A stretch of 64,000 nucleotides of DNA. It comes from an uncultured Candidatus Entotheonella sp. Lineage in GTDB: Bacteria; Tectomicrobia; Entotheonellia; Entotheonellales; Entotheonellaceae. Shown piece after piece: positions 30,622 to 40,390 of this stretch. A program made the translations under genes and the position numbers. Within the stretch, counting starts at the first letter, position 1. Every line of letters starts with the position of its first letter. The notes beneath the pieces are model-generated. The model did not search any database. It was given only the letters and a program-made list of their open reading frames with translations, and was not told the origin of the DNA. The stretch lies in the NCBI GenBank assembly GCA_965217185.1, contig OZ244252.1:2240001-2304000 (forward strand), read 5' to 3'.

Positions 30622-31989
30622 ATGGACTCCGGTGCGGTAGGTGGCAAACTCATCCCGATTGCGATAGCCATGCTGTTGTATGGAACGTTTCACGCTATCG
30701 AGGTGGCGCTTCTTGCGGCGCAGAAGAACCGTCTGCAGCAGATGAAGGAAGCCGGCATGCCGGGCGCGGCAACCGCATTGCTCATCCGCCAAAGTCCGGA
30801 ACGGCATCTCACCACCGCCCGCCTCTTCATGACTCTCATGGGCATCTTCGCCGCCGTGTTGGCCGGCTGGCTGGTTGTGCGCGACGTGTCGCCTTGGCTG
30901 GACGCCCGGTGGCCGTTCGCCGCCGGCGGTTCCTGGGTGCTCGCCTCTGCTATCACCCTGGTCACCGCGGCGCTGACCTACGTCGCCCTGGTGGTGGGCC
31001 AGATCGTACCAAGGGCGCTCGCCCAGCAGCACCCGGAGTACGTCGTGCGGGCGACCGCCGGTCCGCTGCACATCCTGACGCAATGCTGCGGTGCGGCGCG
31101 TGCTGTCGTAGCGTGGTCATCGTCCGCCGTCCTCTGGTTGCTGGGCCAGCGAGGCCCTTCAGAAACCGCGTCGCCAATACCCATGATGACCGAGGAAGAC
31201 GTGACCAGCCTGGTGCGGGAGGGAGCTGAGCGGGGCATTTTTGAGGAAGTCGAACAGGAGTTAATTGAGGGTGTCTTCGAGTTTACCGACACCGCGGCGC
31301 GCGAGGTGATGGTGCCGCGGGTGCGCATGCAGGCCCTGGAGGTCAGCACGCCGCCCGAGGAAGTCACCCGCAGGCTCGTCGATATCGGGCACATGCGGGT
31401 GCCGGTCTACCGCGGCGACCTCGATCACATCGTCGGCATCCTCTATTTCAAAGACGTTCTGCGCGTGGTCATCGAGAACCAGCCGTGGACCGTGCAGAGC
31501 CTGCTGCACCTACCGCTGTACGTGCCTGAAACGGTGCAGATCAGCCGCGTGTTGCGCACGTTGCAGCAGCGGCATCTGAATATGGCCATTGTGGTGGACG
31601 AGCACGGCGGGGTGGCGGGTTTGATCACCATCGAGGACTTGCTGGAACAACTCGTGGGGGACCTGCCGGACGAGGCGCAGCCGGAGGCCAATGCGGCGGT
31701 GGCGCGACTGCCCGACGGCGCGCTGGTGGTTCAGGGCAACACACCACTGTGGGACCTGCGGGAGCAATACGAGTTGCCGGTTGAAGAGGCGCCGGATTAC
31801 CAGACCCTGGCGGGCATGCTGCTGACGCGCCTGGGGCACATTCCGCAGGGGGGCGAGTCAATCACCGAGCACGGCTACACGTTCACCGTGGTCGACATGC
31901 ACGGTCCCCGCATCGCGCGCATCAAGGTGGAGAAACGCGCTTCAGCCGAGGCGCCCCCGACGCCCGTGCCGCAGACCCCGGAGCCGTAA
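30622..31989 (+). CDS. HlyC/CorC (CNNM) family CBS-domain transporter
   Basis: DUF21-like TM region, REVMVPR, RVPVY, VVDEHGGVAGLITIEDLLEQLVG and a CorC domain. Confidence 0.9.
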   Translation: MDSGAVGGKLIPIAIAMLLYGTFHAIEVALLAAQKNRLQQMKEAGMPGAATALLIRQSPERHLTTARLFMTLMGIFAAVLAGWLVVRDVSPWLDARWPFAAGGSWVLASAITLVTAALTYVALVVGQIVPRALAQQHPEYVVRATAGPLHILTQCCGAARAVVAWSSSAVLWLLGQRGPSETASPIPMMTEEDVTSLVREGAERGIFEEVEQELIEGVFEFTDTAAREVMVPRVRMQALEVSTPPEEVTRRLVDIGHMRVPVYRGDLDHIVGILYFKDVLRVVIENQPWTVQSLLHLPLYVPETVQISRVLRTLQQRHLNMAIVVDEHGGVAGLITIEDLLEQLVGDLPDEAQPEANAAVARLPDGALVVQGNTPLWDLREQYELPVEEAPDYQTLAGMLLTRLGHIPQGGESITEHGYTFTVVDMHGPRIARIKVEKRASAEAPPTPVPQTPEP

Positions 31990-32008
31990 ACCAGCGCGCG
32001 GCCGACCG

Positions 32009-32809
32009 TCAACACCCGATGAACCGTGGCTGGCGTTTTTCCAGAAACGCCGCGACGCCTTCCGCGCGGTCCTGCGAGCGCCCGGCAATCGCTTGGTTGC
32101 GCGCCTCCACGTCCAGCACGTCCTCCAATGACATCTCCAGCCCTTGATACACCGCGGATTTAGCCATGCCGTAGGCCAGGGTCGGTCCCTGCGCCAGACG
32201 CTCGGCCAGCTTGTCGGTTTCCGCCTGCAACTCGTGCGCCGGCTTGACCCAGTTGACCAGGCCGATGCGCAGCGCCTCGTCCGCGTCGATGATGTCGGCC
32301 AGCAGGATGAGTTCCATAGCTTTGGCGACGCCGACGAGACGGGGCAGGAAATAGCTGCCACCGCCGTCCGGCACCAGCCCTCTGAGGCTGAACACCTCAC
32401 CGAACCGGGCGCTGTCTGCGGCGATGCGCAGGTCGGCCGCCAGAGCCAGGTTGCAACCGGCGCCGACGGCAACGCCGTTGACGCTGGCGATCACCGGCTT
32501 GGGCATCCGCTGCAGGTGCAGGATGCAGCGGTGCAGCCGCTCCACCACGCCGCCCCCAAGGTCGCCGTCGAAAAACTTGCGCTCGGCTTCCTGGCCACGG
32601 TCGCGTTTCTGATCGCCGCCTGACGAAAAGGCGCGCCCCGTTCCCGTCAGCACCACTGCCCGCACCGTGGCGTCGGCCGCAGTGTCCGGCAACAAGCGCT
32701 CGAATTCCGCCATCATCGCCTCATTCATGGCGTTGAGCGTTTCGGGGCGATTCAGCCGCAGGGTCACGACGCCATTGCGCCGTTCGTAGACCAACGGACC
32801 CTCTGTCAT
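32009..32809 (-). CDS. Enoyl-CoA hydratase/isomerase
   Basis: LNRPETLNA, AFSSGGD, PKPVIASVNGVAVGAG, GLVPDGG and EGVAAFLEKR. Confidence 0.92.
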   Translation of the reverse strand: MTEGPLVYERRNGVVTLRLNRPETLNAMNEAMMAEFERLLPDTAADATVRAVVLTGTGRAFSSGGDQKRDRGQEAERKFFDGDLGGGVVERLHRCILHLQRMPKPVIASVNGVAVGAGCNLALAADLRIAADSARFGEVFSLRGLVPDGGGSYFLPRLVGVAKAMELILLADIIDADEALRIGLVNWVKPAHELQAETDKLAERLAQGPTLAYGMAKSAVYQGLEMSLEDVLDVEARNQAIAGRSQDRAEGVAAFLEKRQPRFIGC

Positions 32810-32835
32810 CTCAACTCCTTTCCCGGTGTCCGCCG

Positions 32836-33999
32836 TTACGCAGTCGCGCGGCTCTCCAGGGTGTGCAAAAGGGTGAAAAACAGTTGCTTCACGCCGCCCA
32901 GGATGGGGCCGCATTCGATGTATTCCTTGACGGTGTGCGCCAGACCACCGCGCGTAATGCCCAGGCACACCGAGGGCACCCCCAGGCTGAGCGGCAGATT
33001 GGCGTCGGTGCTGGAGGCGCTGAAGATCGCCGGTCGCATGCGCAGGCGTCGGCGTATCCCTACAATGCCCTTGCACAGCGGGTGTGACACCGGCAGCGCC
33101 GCCGCCGGGCGGCGGCCGACAATGGTGCTTTCGACACTGATCCCAGTGTGCCGCTCAACGTCTTGCAGCAGATGTGCGACTCGTGATTCCAACTGCGCCA
33201 AGTGGCGCGCCGATACCGATCTCAGGTCCACCAGCATGGTGGCGCGCGGCGCGATGGTGTTGACGCTGGCGCCGCCCTCGACAAGCCCGACGTTGAAGGT
33301 GGTCCTGGGATTGGCGGACATCTTGAACTGCGACAGTTTGTGAATGACCGTGCCCATGGCGTGGATGGCGCTGGGGGTGCCGAAGGCGCCCCAGCTGTGA
33401 CCGCCGGGTCCGCTGAAGGTCACCTTCAACCGGGTGCTACCGATGCCTGCGTGACGGATTTCGTCGACGCCGTGCCCCTCCACCGCGATGACCGTATCCA
33501 CGTCGCGCCCCCAGGTTTCCATCAGCCCTCGAATGCCGCACAGATTGCCCAAGCCTTCCTCGCCGACGCTGGCGGCGAAGATGACGCGCCCCGCCGCCTC
33601 GGGCCGAAAACGCTGCATGGCCGCCGCCACATTAAGCATCGCCGCCACCGCCAGAGAGTTGTCGCCGATGCCGGGGCCATAGAGGCGCTGCTTGGTGCGC
33701 CGCACGCTCAACGGCGTAGCGCGCGGAAACACGGTGTCGAGGTGGGCCACCACCAGCGTCGTCGGCCCCGTGCCGCCATAGTTCAGCACGCCGCTGACGT
33801 TGTGAATGGCGTCAACCTGCACGTCGCTCAACGCGATGGTACGCATACGCTCGGCCACGTAGACGGCGCGCTCGGCCTCGTCGAACGTTGGCGCCGGAAT
33901 GTGGCAAAGATGCAACGTTTCCTCCAACAACTGCTCGTGGGTGTCCGCAAACCAGGACATGCTGTCGGCGACTGCCGCCGCCGGAGCTTCTGTCATCAT
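32836..33999 (-). CDS. M20/M25/M40 family metallo-hydrolase
   Basis: AHLDTV, GPGIGDN, GEEGLG, GGHSW, STDAN and AHT. Confidence 0.88.
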   Translation of the reverse strand: MMTEAPAAAVADSMSWFADTHEQLLEETLHLCHIPAPTFDEAERAVYVAERMRTIALSDVQVDAIHNVSGVLNYGGTGPTTLVVAHLDTVFPRATPLSVRRTKQRLYGPGIGDNSLAVAAMLNVAAAMQRFRPEAAGRVIFAASVGEEGLGNLCGIRGLMETWGRDVDTVIAVEGHGVDEIRHAGIGSTRLKVTFSGPGGHSWGAFGTPSAIHAMGTVIHKLSQFKMSANPRTTFNVGLVEGGASVNTIAPRATMLVDLRSVSARHLAQLESRVAHLLQDVERHTGISVESTIVGRRPAAALPVSHPLCKGIVGIRRRLRMRPAIFSASSTDANLPLSLGVPSVCLGITRGGLAHTVKEYIECGPILGGVKQLFFTLLHTLESRATA

Positions 34000-34065
34000 G
34001 CCTTTCTCCCAATGGTCGAGGTCCCGCATCCCCGGCTATCCCAACAATCCACTCGCCCCGTGACA

Positions 34066-34497
34066 TTAAGGCAGTAGGATAAACCCCATCACGGCAACCC
34101 CGAGTGAGACGAACAACCCCAGGTACGCCAAAAAGCCGTGCACGTCCCGCACGTCCGCGTATCGCCGCGTGCCCCGTTGCAGCCGCCAGCCCATGTAACC
34201 GCCGCCCAGAAACAGCAGCAACGCCAGCGTTCCGAAGAAAAAATGCGCCGAGCGAAATAGCGCCTGCTCGCGAAACAGCCACATGCTGAGCAGCCCGAAT
34301 ACGTAACCGGCCACAAGGCAGCCAAGGAATAGCCATCCCAGTTGCGTATGTCGCCGCATCACGCCATACCGCTGCTCCAGGCGTCGCGGCCCGAGGCGAT
34401 CTTTCTTCAGGGCTAGCCCCAGACGCAGCACAGCGACAGCGATTACCAGCACGAGCACTTGCATGGCAGGGTGAAGGTACGCGAGCAGGTCGTTCAT
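34066..34497 (-). CDS. Four-helix membrane protein (DUF4079-like) with several His residues
   Basis: YLHPAMQ, RHTQLG, SAHFF and DVHG in TM helices. Confidence 0.7.
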   Translation of the reverse strand: MNDLLAYLHPAMQVLVLVIAVAVLRLGLALKKDRLGPRRLEQRYGVMRRHTQLGWLFLGCLVAGYVFGLLSMWLFREQALFRSAHFFFGTLALLLFLGGGYMGWRLQRGTRRYADVRDVHGFLAYLGLFVSLGVAVMGFILLP

Positions 34498-34671
34498 GGG
34501 CCCTTACGCCAAGGGTGGGAATCCCCGTTCCGGAAAGTGACTCGGCTTTTGCGGCGGGCTACTATACTATTTGGTTTATGCCTCTGTCACCTGCTGCAAA
34601 AATCGGCGGTGCAGGCGGGCGAGGAGTGGTGACAATGGCGCGACGGGCTTCAGCAAGGGGAGGAGGATCAG

Positions 34672-35625
34672 GTGCGTTACCGGCGGTTGGGACGGACGGA
34701 ATTGCAGGTATCGGAGGTGGGATTCGGCGCCTGGGGCATCGGCGGCAACGCCCACGGCCACAGCTACGGCCCGACCGACAACACGGAATCGCTGCGCGCC
34801 GTGGCCCGCGCCTTCGATCTGGGCTGCACGTTTTTCGACACCGCTGACGTGTACGGTCACGGCCTCAGCGAAAAGCTGCTTGGCCAGGCTCTGGCCAAGC
34901 ACCGCTCGGCCTGCGTCATCGCCACCAAGGTGGGATGCGATTTCTACCACGGGCCGTTTCGCAAAAACTTCGACCCCGATTACATCCGGGAGGCGTTGGA
35001 CAAGAGCCTGCAACGGCTGCGCACGGACCACGTCGACCTATACCAGTTGCACAACCCGCCGCTGATGATGCTGGAGCGCGGCGAGCACTACGGGATGCTG
35101 GACGACCTGAAACAGCAGGGCAAGATTCGTTATTACGGCGTCTCGGTACACGACGCCTACGAGGGCAGCATGGCCATCCACACCGGCAAGCCGGACGCCC
35201 TGCAGGTGGAGTACAACCTGCTGCGGCAGGACCCGCGCGAGGAGCTCTTCCCGGAAACACGGGACAACGACGTCGGCTTGATCACCCGCTCGCCCCTGTG
35301 CAGCGGCATATTGAGCGGCAACTACACGGCCGACACGACGTTCGGCCCCAGCGACGTGCGAGCTTCCTGGCCGCCGGGCTATCTCGCCCTGCAAGCTGAC
35401 GTAGCCAACGGCGTGCGGTTTCTGGCTACGGAACAGCGCTCGCTGGCGCAGGCGGCGCTGCGGTTCGTTCTGGATGCGCCGGAAGTTTCGGTGGTCATTC
35501 CTGGGATTAAAACGGTCGCGCAAGCGGAGGAAAACCTGGCCGTGAGCGACATGCCGGAACTCACGGCCGAGGAGCAGGAAGCGATTCGAGACGGACTGGA
35601 AGGGGTCGGCGAGGATTTTCTGTAA
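34672..35625 (+). CDS. Aldo/keto reductase
   Basis: MRYRRLG, FDTADVYG, IATKVG, SLQRLRTDHVDLYQLH, YNLL and VIPG. Confidence 0.94.
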   Translation: MRYRRLGRTELQVSEVGFGAWGIGGNAHGHSYGPTDNTESLRAVARAFDLGCTFFDTADVYGHGLSEKLLGQALAKHRSACVIATKVGCDFYHGPFRKNFDPDYIREALDKSLQRLRTDHVDLYQLHNPPLMMLERGEHYGMLDDLKQQGKIRYYGVSVHDAYEGSMAIHTGKPDALQVEYNLLRQDPREELFPETRDNDVGLITRSPLCSGILSGNYTADTTFGPSDVRASWPPGYLALQADVANGVRFLATEQRSLAQAALRFVLDAPEVSVVIPGIKTVAQAEENLAVSDMPELTAEEQEAIRDGLEGVGEDFL

Positions 35626-35637
35626 CGGGCCGTTAAC

Positions 35638-35654
35638 AAGGCGGAATCCGCCTT
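35638..35654 (+). terminator. Short hairpin, possible intrinsic terminator
   Basis: AAGGCGG-AAT-CCGCCTT just after the AKR stop codon, followed by a short T-rich stretch. Confidence 0.4.
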
Positions 35655-35798
35655 TGTGATATACCCAACGATGTCATAATATGAGGCAATATCGCATATA
35701 GCCTTGGCGGAAGGGGCCGGTTCCAGGCTTGATTCCGTCCATTCCGCGCCGCCACGACACACGCGCTAATTGTGCCCTCAGATCAGGAGACTGCGCCT

Positions 35799-36449
35799 AT
35801 GTTGAGATTCTCAGAGGAGATGCTGCTGCTTCTGCTTGATGACAAGGGTAGGGAGTTCGCCGACATCCCCATGCTGTCGTTCAAGTACGCGCTTGCCGGC
35901 GCGGTTCTGATGGATTTGGCGATAGAGGGCCGAATCGATACCGATGAGACCCATCTCTTCGTCACCGATAAGACACCGCTCGAAGATGATTTGCTGGATC
36001 CGAGCCTTGTCCGGATCGTGGAATCGACGGAGACGCATGACACTCGCTACTGGGTCGAGCAGGTAAGCGCCCAGGCGGTTGAAATTCGTGAGCGCTCCCT
36101 TGCACGTCTGGTCGAGCGTGGGATTCTGCAGCGAGAAGACGACTATTTCTTGTGGGTGTTCCAGACGCGGCGTTACCCGGTGATCAACAACCAGTCCATC
36201 CAGGAAGTGAAGCTGCGGATCATGGAGGTCCTGTTCAGCAATGAAATCCCGGATGTGCGCGATATCATCATCATTTCCCTGGCCGACGTCTGCGACATCT
36301 TCAGGACCCTGCTTTCCAGGCGCGAGTTGCAGGGCGTCACCCAACGCATTGAGCAGGTCCGCAAGATGGATCTGATCGGCCGGGAGGTCTCGAAAGCGGT
36401 ACGGGATATCGAATCGTCCCTCGCCGTTGCCATGTGGCCCATGCACTGA
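35799..36449 (+). CDS. GPP34/GOLPH3 (Vps74)-family protein
   Basis: EEMLLLLLDD.G, LAGAVLMDLA...RI, LVERGIL and RYP pattern. Confidence 0.82.
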   Translation: MLRFSEEMLLLLLDDKGREFADIPMLSFKYALAGAVLMDLAIEGRIDTDETHLFVTDKTPLEDDLLDPSLVRIVESTETHDTRYWVEQVSAQAVEIRERSLARLVERGILQREDDYFLWVFQTRRYPVINNQSIQEVKLRIMEVLFSNEIPDVRDIIIISLADVCDIFRTLLSRRELQGVTQRIEQVRKMDLIGREVSKAVRDIESSLAVAMWPMH

Positions 36450-36504
36450 TTGACGGGGCGGCCCCCTCCCTCACAGCCCCAGTGGGGAAGGGGGTGGATG
36501 CGAT

Positions 36505-36870
36505 CTACATGGACATTGACTGGAATTGGGTCATCAGCCGCTCGACGTATTCGGGCTTTTTCTTGACGACCTCGAAGATCACGATCCTGCCGTGCGGGCC
36601 GGCGCCGATGAGCGTGCGGGTGTAGGGCAAGTGGCCGCTGCCCTCGAACTTCATGGCCATTTCCGCGCTGCCGATGACGTAATACCTGCCGTCATGATCG
36701 TAGACGTAAAAATCTTCACCGATTTGATTCACCAGCGTGGGCATGCCTTCCATCGAGGCCATCTCTTCGGCCTCGGGCATGGCCTTGCTCGACGCCGCCT
36801 TTTACTGCGCCGTGCAGCCCATCAGGGCCAGAACGGAGATACCGATCACCAATCCTTTGAGATGCCGCAT
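36505..36870 (-). pseudogene. Lipoprotein gene interrupted by an in-frame TAA
   Basis: AAGGAGG RBS; MRHLKGLVIGISVLALMGC lipobox; TAA at 36802-36804; the same frame continues to 36505. Confidence 0.75.
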
Positions 36871-36895
36871 AGGTCGTGCTTCCTCCTTGTAAACG

Positions 36896-36941
36896 TTAAC
36901 CTTCACCACCGGCGCACCGCGGCTCCGGTGGTGAAGGTTAA
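36896..36941. repeat. Perfect 17-bp inverted repeat
   Basis: TTAACCTTCACCACCGG-N12-CCGGTGGTGAAGGTTAA. Confidence 0.9.
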
Positions 36942-37107
36942 ACAATAGGCGCCTTCTACAAAGCCAACGTAAGCATGAAATTAAGGCAGCGTTAATAGTT
37001 TCATATTGTTATCGTGGCGGGCAGCGGGAATCGCTCGGGGGAACGCAGAAGGAAGGTTCCATCGGTTGCCATATGCGCGGTGTCAAAGCGTTCAATTGGG
37101 AGACAAT

Positions 37108-37902
37108 ATGCAGGAGTTCTTACCGGAGGTGCGGCGTATAGCTGACGAAGCCGCTGACGCCATCCTGGAGGTTTATCAGTCATCGGATTTTCGGGTGGCC
37201 GTCAAGGAGGATTTCTCGCCGCTGACGCAGGCGGACTTGGCATCGCATCGGCATATCGTGGCGGGCCTGGAGCGTCTGACGCCGGAGTGGCCGGTATTGT
37301 CGGAGGAGTCGCAGGGCATTACGTACGACATGCGGCAACATTGGGACACGTTCTGGCTGGTGGACCCGTTAGACGGGACGAAGGAGTTTCTGCGCCGCAA
37401 CGGCGAGTTCACCATCAACATCGCCTTGATCCGCGGGCACCAAGCGGTTATGGGGGTGGTGCACCTGCCGGTGTCGGGCCAGACGTACTGGGCGGCTGAA
37501 GGGGAGGGCGCGTTCAGGTCAGCCGACGGCGAGACCGTCCAGCTGCAGGCCGCACAAACTGTTGGTCAGCCTGTGAAGGTGGTAGCCAGTCGTTCGCATG
37601 CGTCGACGCCGACCGTGCTGTTTCTGGACAGGATGGCGCGGGAGCACGACTTGGCGGTGGTATCCAGAGGCAGCGCACTGAAGCTCTGCATGGTAGCGGA
37701 AGGCGAAGCCGACCTCTACCCCCGACTGGCCCCGACTATGGAATGGGATACAGCGGCCGCTCAGTGCGTCGTCGAACAGGCCGGCGGCCGCGTCACCACC
37801 CTGGGCAACGAGCCGCTACGCTACAACAAGGAAGACCTGCTCAACCCTTTCTTCATGGTCGCCAGCCCCGCCGTGGCGCCGCTCTGGCCAGCGTATCTGT
37901 GA
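37108..37902 (+). CDS. cysQ: 3'(2'),5'-bisphosphate nucleotidase CysQ
   Basis: SPLTQAD, LSEE, DPLDGTKEF, SRSH, GSALK and TMEWDTAAAQ. Confidence 0.93.
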   Translation: MQEFLPEVRRIADEAADAILEVYQSSDFRVAVKEDFSPLTQADLASHRHIVAGLERLTPEWPVLSEESQGITYDMRQHWDTFWLVDPLDGTKEFLRRNGEFTINIALIRGHQAVMGVVHLPVSGQTYWAAEGEGAFRSADGETVQLQAAQTVGQPVKVVASRSHASTPTVLFLDRMAREHDLAVVSRGSALKLCMVAEGEADLYPRLAPTMEWDTAAAQCVVEQAGGRVTTLGNEPLRYNKEDLLNPFFMVASPAVAPLWPAYL

Positions 37903-38145
37903 GGCGAGCCTCTACCGCTGACGCCGACGGGCAAGTCTTTACAGGAGATGATCGTCTAAGCCGTCACTATAGCATTTCAATTTCTGCCCCGACGTCTTTA
38001 AACCAATTGATTGGGCGTAGGTCTCAAATTGACCAGTTAGGCGGCCCGTCCGTGCGCCAATTTTGTAGATAAACCAACAATACTCCAGAGGAGTGCTGCC
38101 CATCACCCACCGTCCTACGTGACACTTTGTCACCTCGCGCATCAA

Positions 38146-38766
38146 TCATGTCCCCAAGCCGTACCAAACCCCCTCAGAATCGCTCAATTTCGGACTTACA
38201 CCCAATTGATTGAACCACAGGCTATCTTTGGGCGGCGCGTTGATCTTCAGCATACGCTCTGGCACGTCATGCTGGACAGATTTTGGCGGAATAGATGGCC
38301 GCTTCTGTGCCCCTATATCTCTGACGCAGATAAAACGATGTAGGTAATTCTCTTTTTCCAGGAATTTCGGCTCTTGCCAGAATTCCTGACCAACGGCGCG
38401 GCAGTATGCAAGAAGGCATTGTGCCCCACGTAATTGTTGCACAGTTTCCTTCTCCGAATGGCCTTTACCGCTCTTCATTTCAATATAAACAATCCAGTTT
38501 ACCCTGTTATCACTGGCGACAATCACAAAATCGGCCCGCTTACATTCTCCTTTGTCGTTTTTGAAAATACAGTTCGGAGCCGGAAAAGCATCTGCTTTGA
38601 ATGCGATAACATCATCCGGCACGTTGCGTATCTTCAGGGAATAGGCTGATCGCTGTTGATTGCCGGATTCTTTCAGGATGAGAGTCTTTCTGTTATTTGA
38701 ATGCTCAACCGAGGCCAATGCCTCATCTCGGATTAAGGCTTGTAATACCTCAAAGTCAGGCCTCAT
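38146..38766 (-). CDS. Hypothetical protein with a PD-(D/E)XK-like motif, coupled to the AAA ATPase
   Basis: ECKRADFVIV...WIVYIEMKSG...QQL; 4-bp overlap with the ATPase stop; lower GC than flanks. Confidence 0.6.
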   Translation of the reverse strand: MRPDFEVLQALIRDEALASVEHSNNRKTLILKESGNQQRSAYSLKIRNVPDDVIAFKADAFPAPNCIFKNDKGECKRADFVIVASDNRVNWIVYIEMKSGKGHSEKETVQQLRGAQCLLAYCRAVGQEFWQEPKFLEKENYLHRFICVRDIGAQKRPSIPPKSVQHDVPERMLKINAPPKDSLWFNQLGVSPKLSDSEGVWYGLGT

Positions 38767-40300
38767 TCATCTCCGCCCCACACAATGGCGTCCTGAATTT
38801 CATTCATTTTGTTGATGGTATTGTCGAAGCTACGTGCCTCAATTCCTAATTCCGGATCTATTCTGGCGGGCACCAGTGTTGGCTGGCGGCTTCTCCGGCT
38901 ATTGTTTTTCAGATTCATCAACGCGCTTTCCGCGATATAAACCTTGATCTTTTCAGCAGCTATCAACTCTTCGGTTCGGTAGCCTTCTTCCTGTGCGATT
39001 TGTTTTAGGTAGGGTTTGTCCTGATTTAGCATAATCAGAGTGTTGAGTTCCTTGACGATATAATCGCTGTGCGTGGTCACAAAAACTCGGATTCCCAGAT
39101 TCACCAAACGTGCGAAGAGCCGAGCCATACGGCATTGATTTTCCGGGTGGAGGTTTAATTCCGGCTCATCCACCATCAACAGGTCGCCGGGTTTGGCGAC
39201 GTGCCGCAAATAGAAGCCGATGTCCAACAGGGAACGCACGGCGCTGGAACTCTCGTCCATGGTCAGCTTCAGTTGTTTGCGTGAAGGCTTGAAGTAGATC
39301 GTGTCGTTACTGCCCGCGATGTATTCGCCACCGATGATGTCGGCGAAATCGTTCAGGATGTATGGATGATCTTCGACAAGAAAGCTGTCTTCTTTGGCAA
39401 TGGTCTCAAGTTGACGGATGAAATCCACGTTGATTTTGACAGGTACGGGGTAATCCTGGTGGGATTTGAACAATAATTCCCTCGGGTCAAAGTCTCTGTC
39501 CGCTCGACTCATTTCCTCCAATAGGCGGTTGCGGGCGAAATTCAACTCCCTGCGAAAAATTGCCGCACCGGTACGCTCTGTGCTAGCGATAAAAGGCCGT
39601 GGCAAGACGCTGTCGAACAGTAATTCAATGATCCCCTCCGAGATGATTTCCTTAATCATCTCGGAAGGCAACGCTCGTTCCTTCTTATCCATCTTATCCA
39701 TCACCAGCGAAATCACCAAGTCCTTTTCTCCCCCAGTTTTGGACAGCGAGAGAAGGTCGTCATCTTTGGCAGATCGTATAGTGCGCTTGAAAGCCCGGGG
39801 CCTCACTGCTGGCGCGCTTTCGGGTTCAAGCGAAACCTGAAAGGTCGTGTTCTTGAAGCGATCCGCTTTCGAAGCAAAGATTCTCGGCAGTTGCCGAGTG
39901 TAGGCTTCGCAACCCCGCATGAGGATTTTGTCTATTTCCATGGCGTGAGGCTCAACATCAACTCGCGTCACGCCGTCGCGCAACAGGGTGTCAATCGTCT
40001 GATCGGAAATTTCGACTTCCAGAAGATGCCCACAGTTCCACAAAAAACCAAACAGAGCGTATGTCGCGTAGGTTTTGCCTGTATTGTTGCGTCCGCAAAT
40101 GAGAGTCAACTCACCTAATGTGCGTTCCGTTTGAGACCACGAGTTTTTTTGGAGCTGGACTTCCTGCGAGAGCGTTTTGCCATGACCGGGTGAGCTTCTT
40201 GCAAATCTCTATCCCGTGATCAAAGATTGACAAACGGGATTCACTTTAGTTCAAATTCTGCTTGTTTCAGGATGCCCAGGTTTCCCACACGTATTCTCAT
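38763..40300 (-). pseudogene. AAA_15/AAA_21-type ABC ATPase interrupted near its 5' end by a MITE
   Basis: MRIRVGNLGILKQAEFEL (40300-40247) rejoins GELTLICGRNNTGKT once the insert is removed; ESSSAVRSL signature, LMVDEPELNLHP and TTHS motifs. Confidence 0.8.
40118..40246. mobile_element. 129-bp MITE (internally deleted IS) with TA target-site duplication
   Basis: TA at 40116-40117 and 40247-40248; imperfect TIRs ATGTGCGTTCCGTTTG / AAGTGAATCCCGTTTG; excision restores the ATPase reading frame. Confidence 0.85.
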
Positions 40301-40390
40301 ATTGCTGCCTCTAGGTTTGCTAATTTCCCTTTTTTCAGTCCGAATAGCTGTAGACGAGTCGAGCGATTTCGGCATCCGGGGCGTTGATAC
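40297..40390 (-). pseudogene. Remnant resembling the C-terminus of a type IIG/Eco57I-like restriction-modification protein
   Basis: INAPDAEIARLVY-(frameshift)-LFGLKKGKLANLEAAI*; its TGA overlaps the ATPase ATG. Confidence 0.45.

Noticed and set aside
37939..38145. 68-aa ORF or possible IS end at the left edge of the lower-GC island
   Set aside because: No recognisable motif, partner inverted repeat or target duplication could be established
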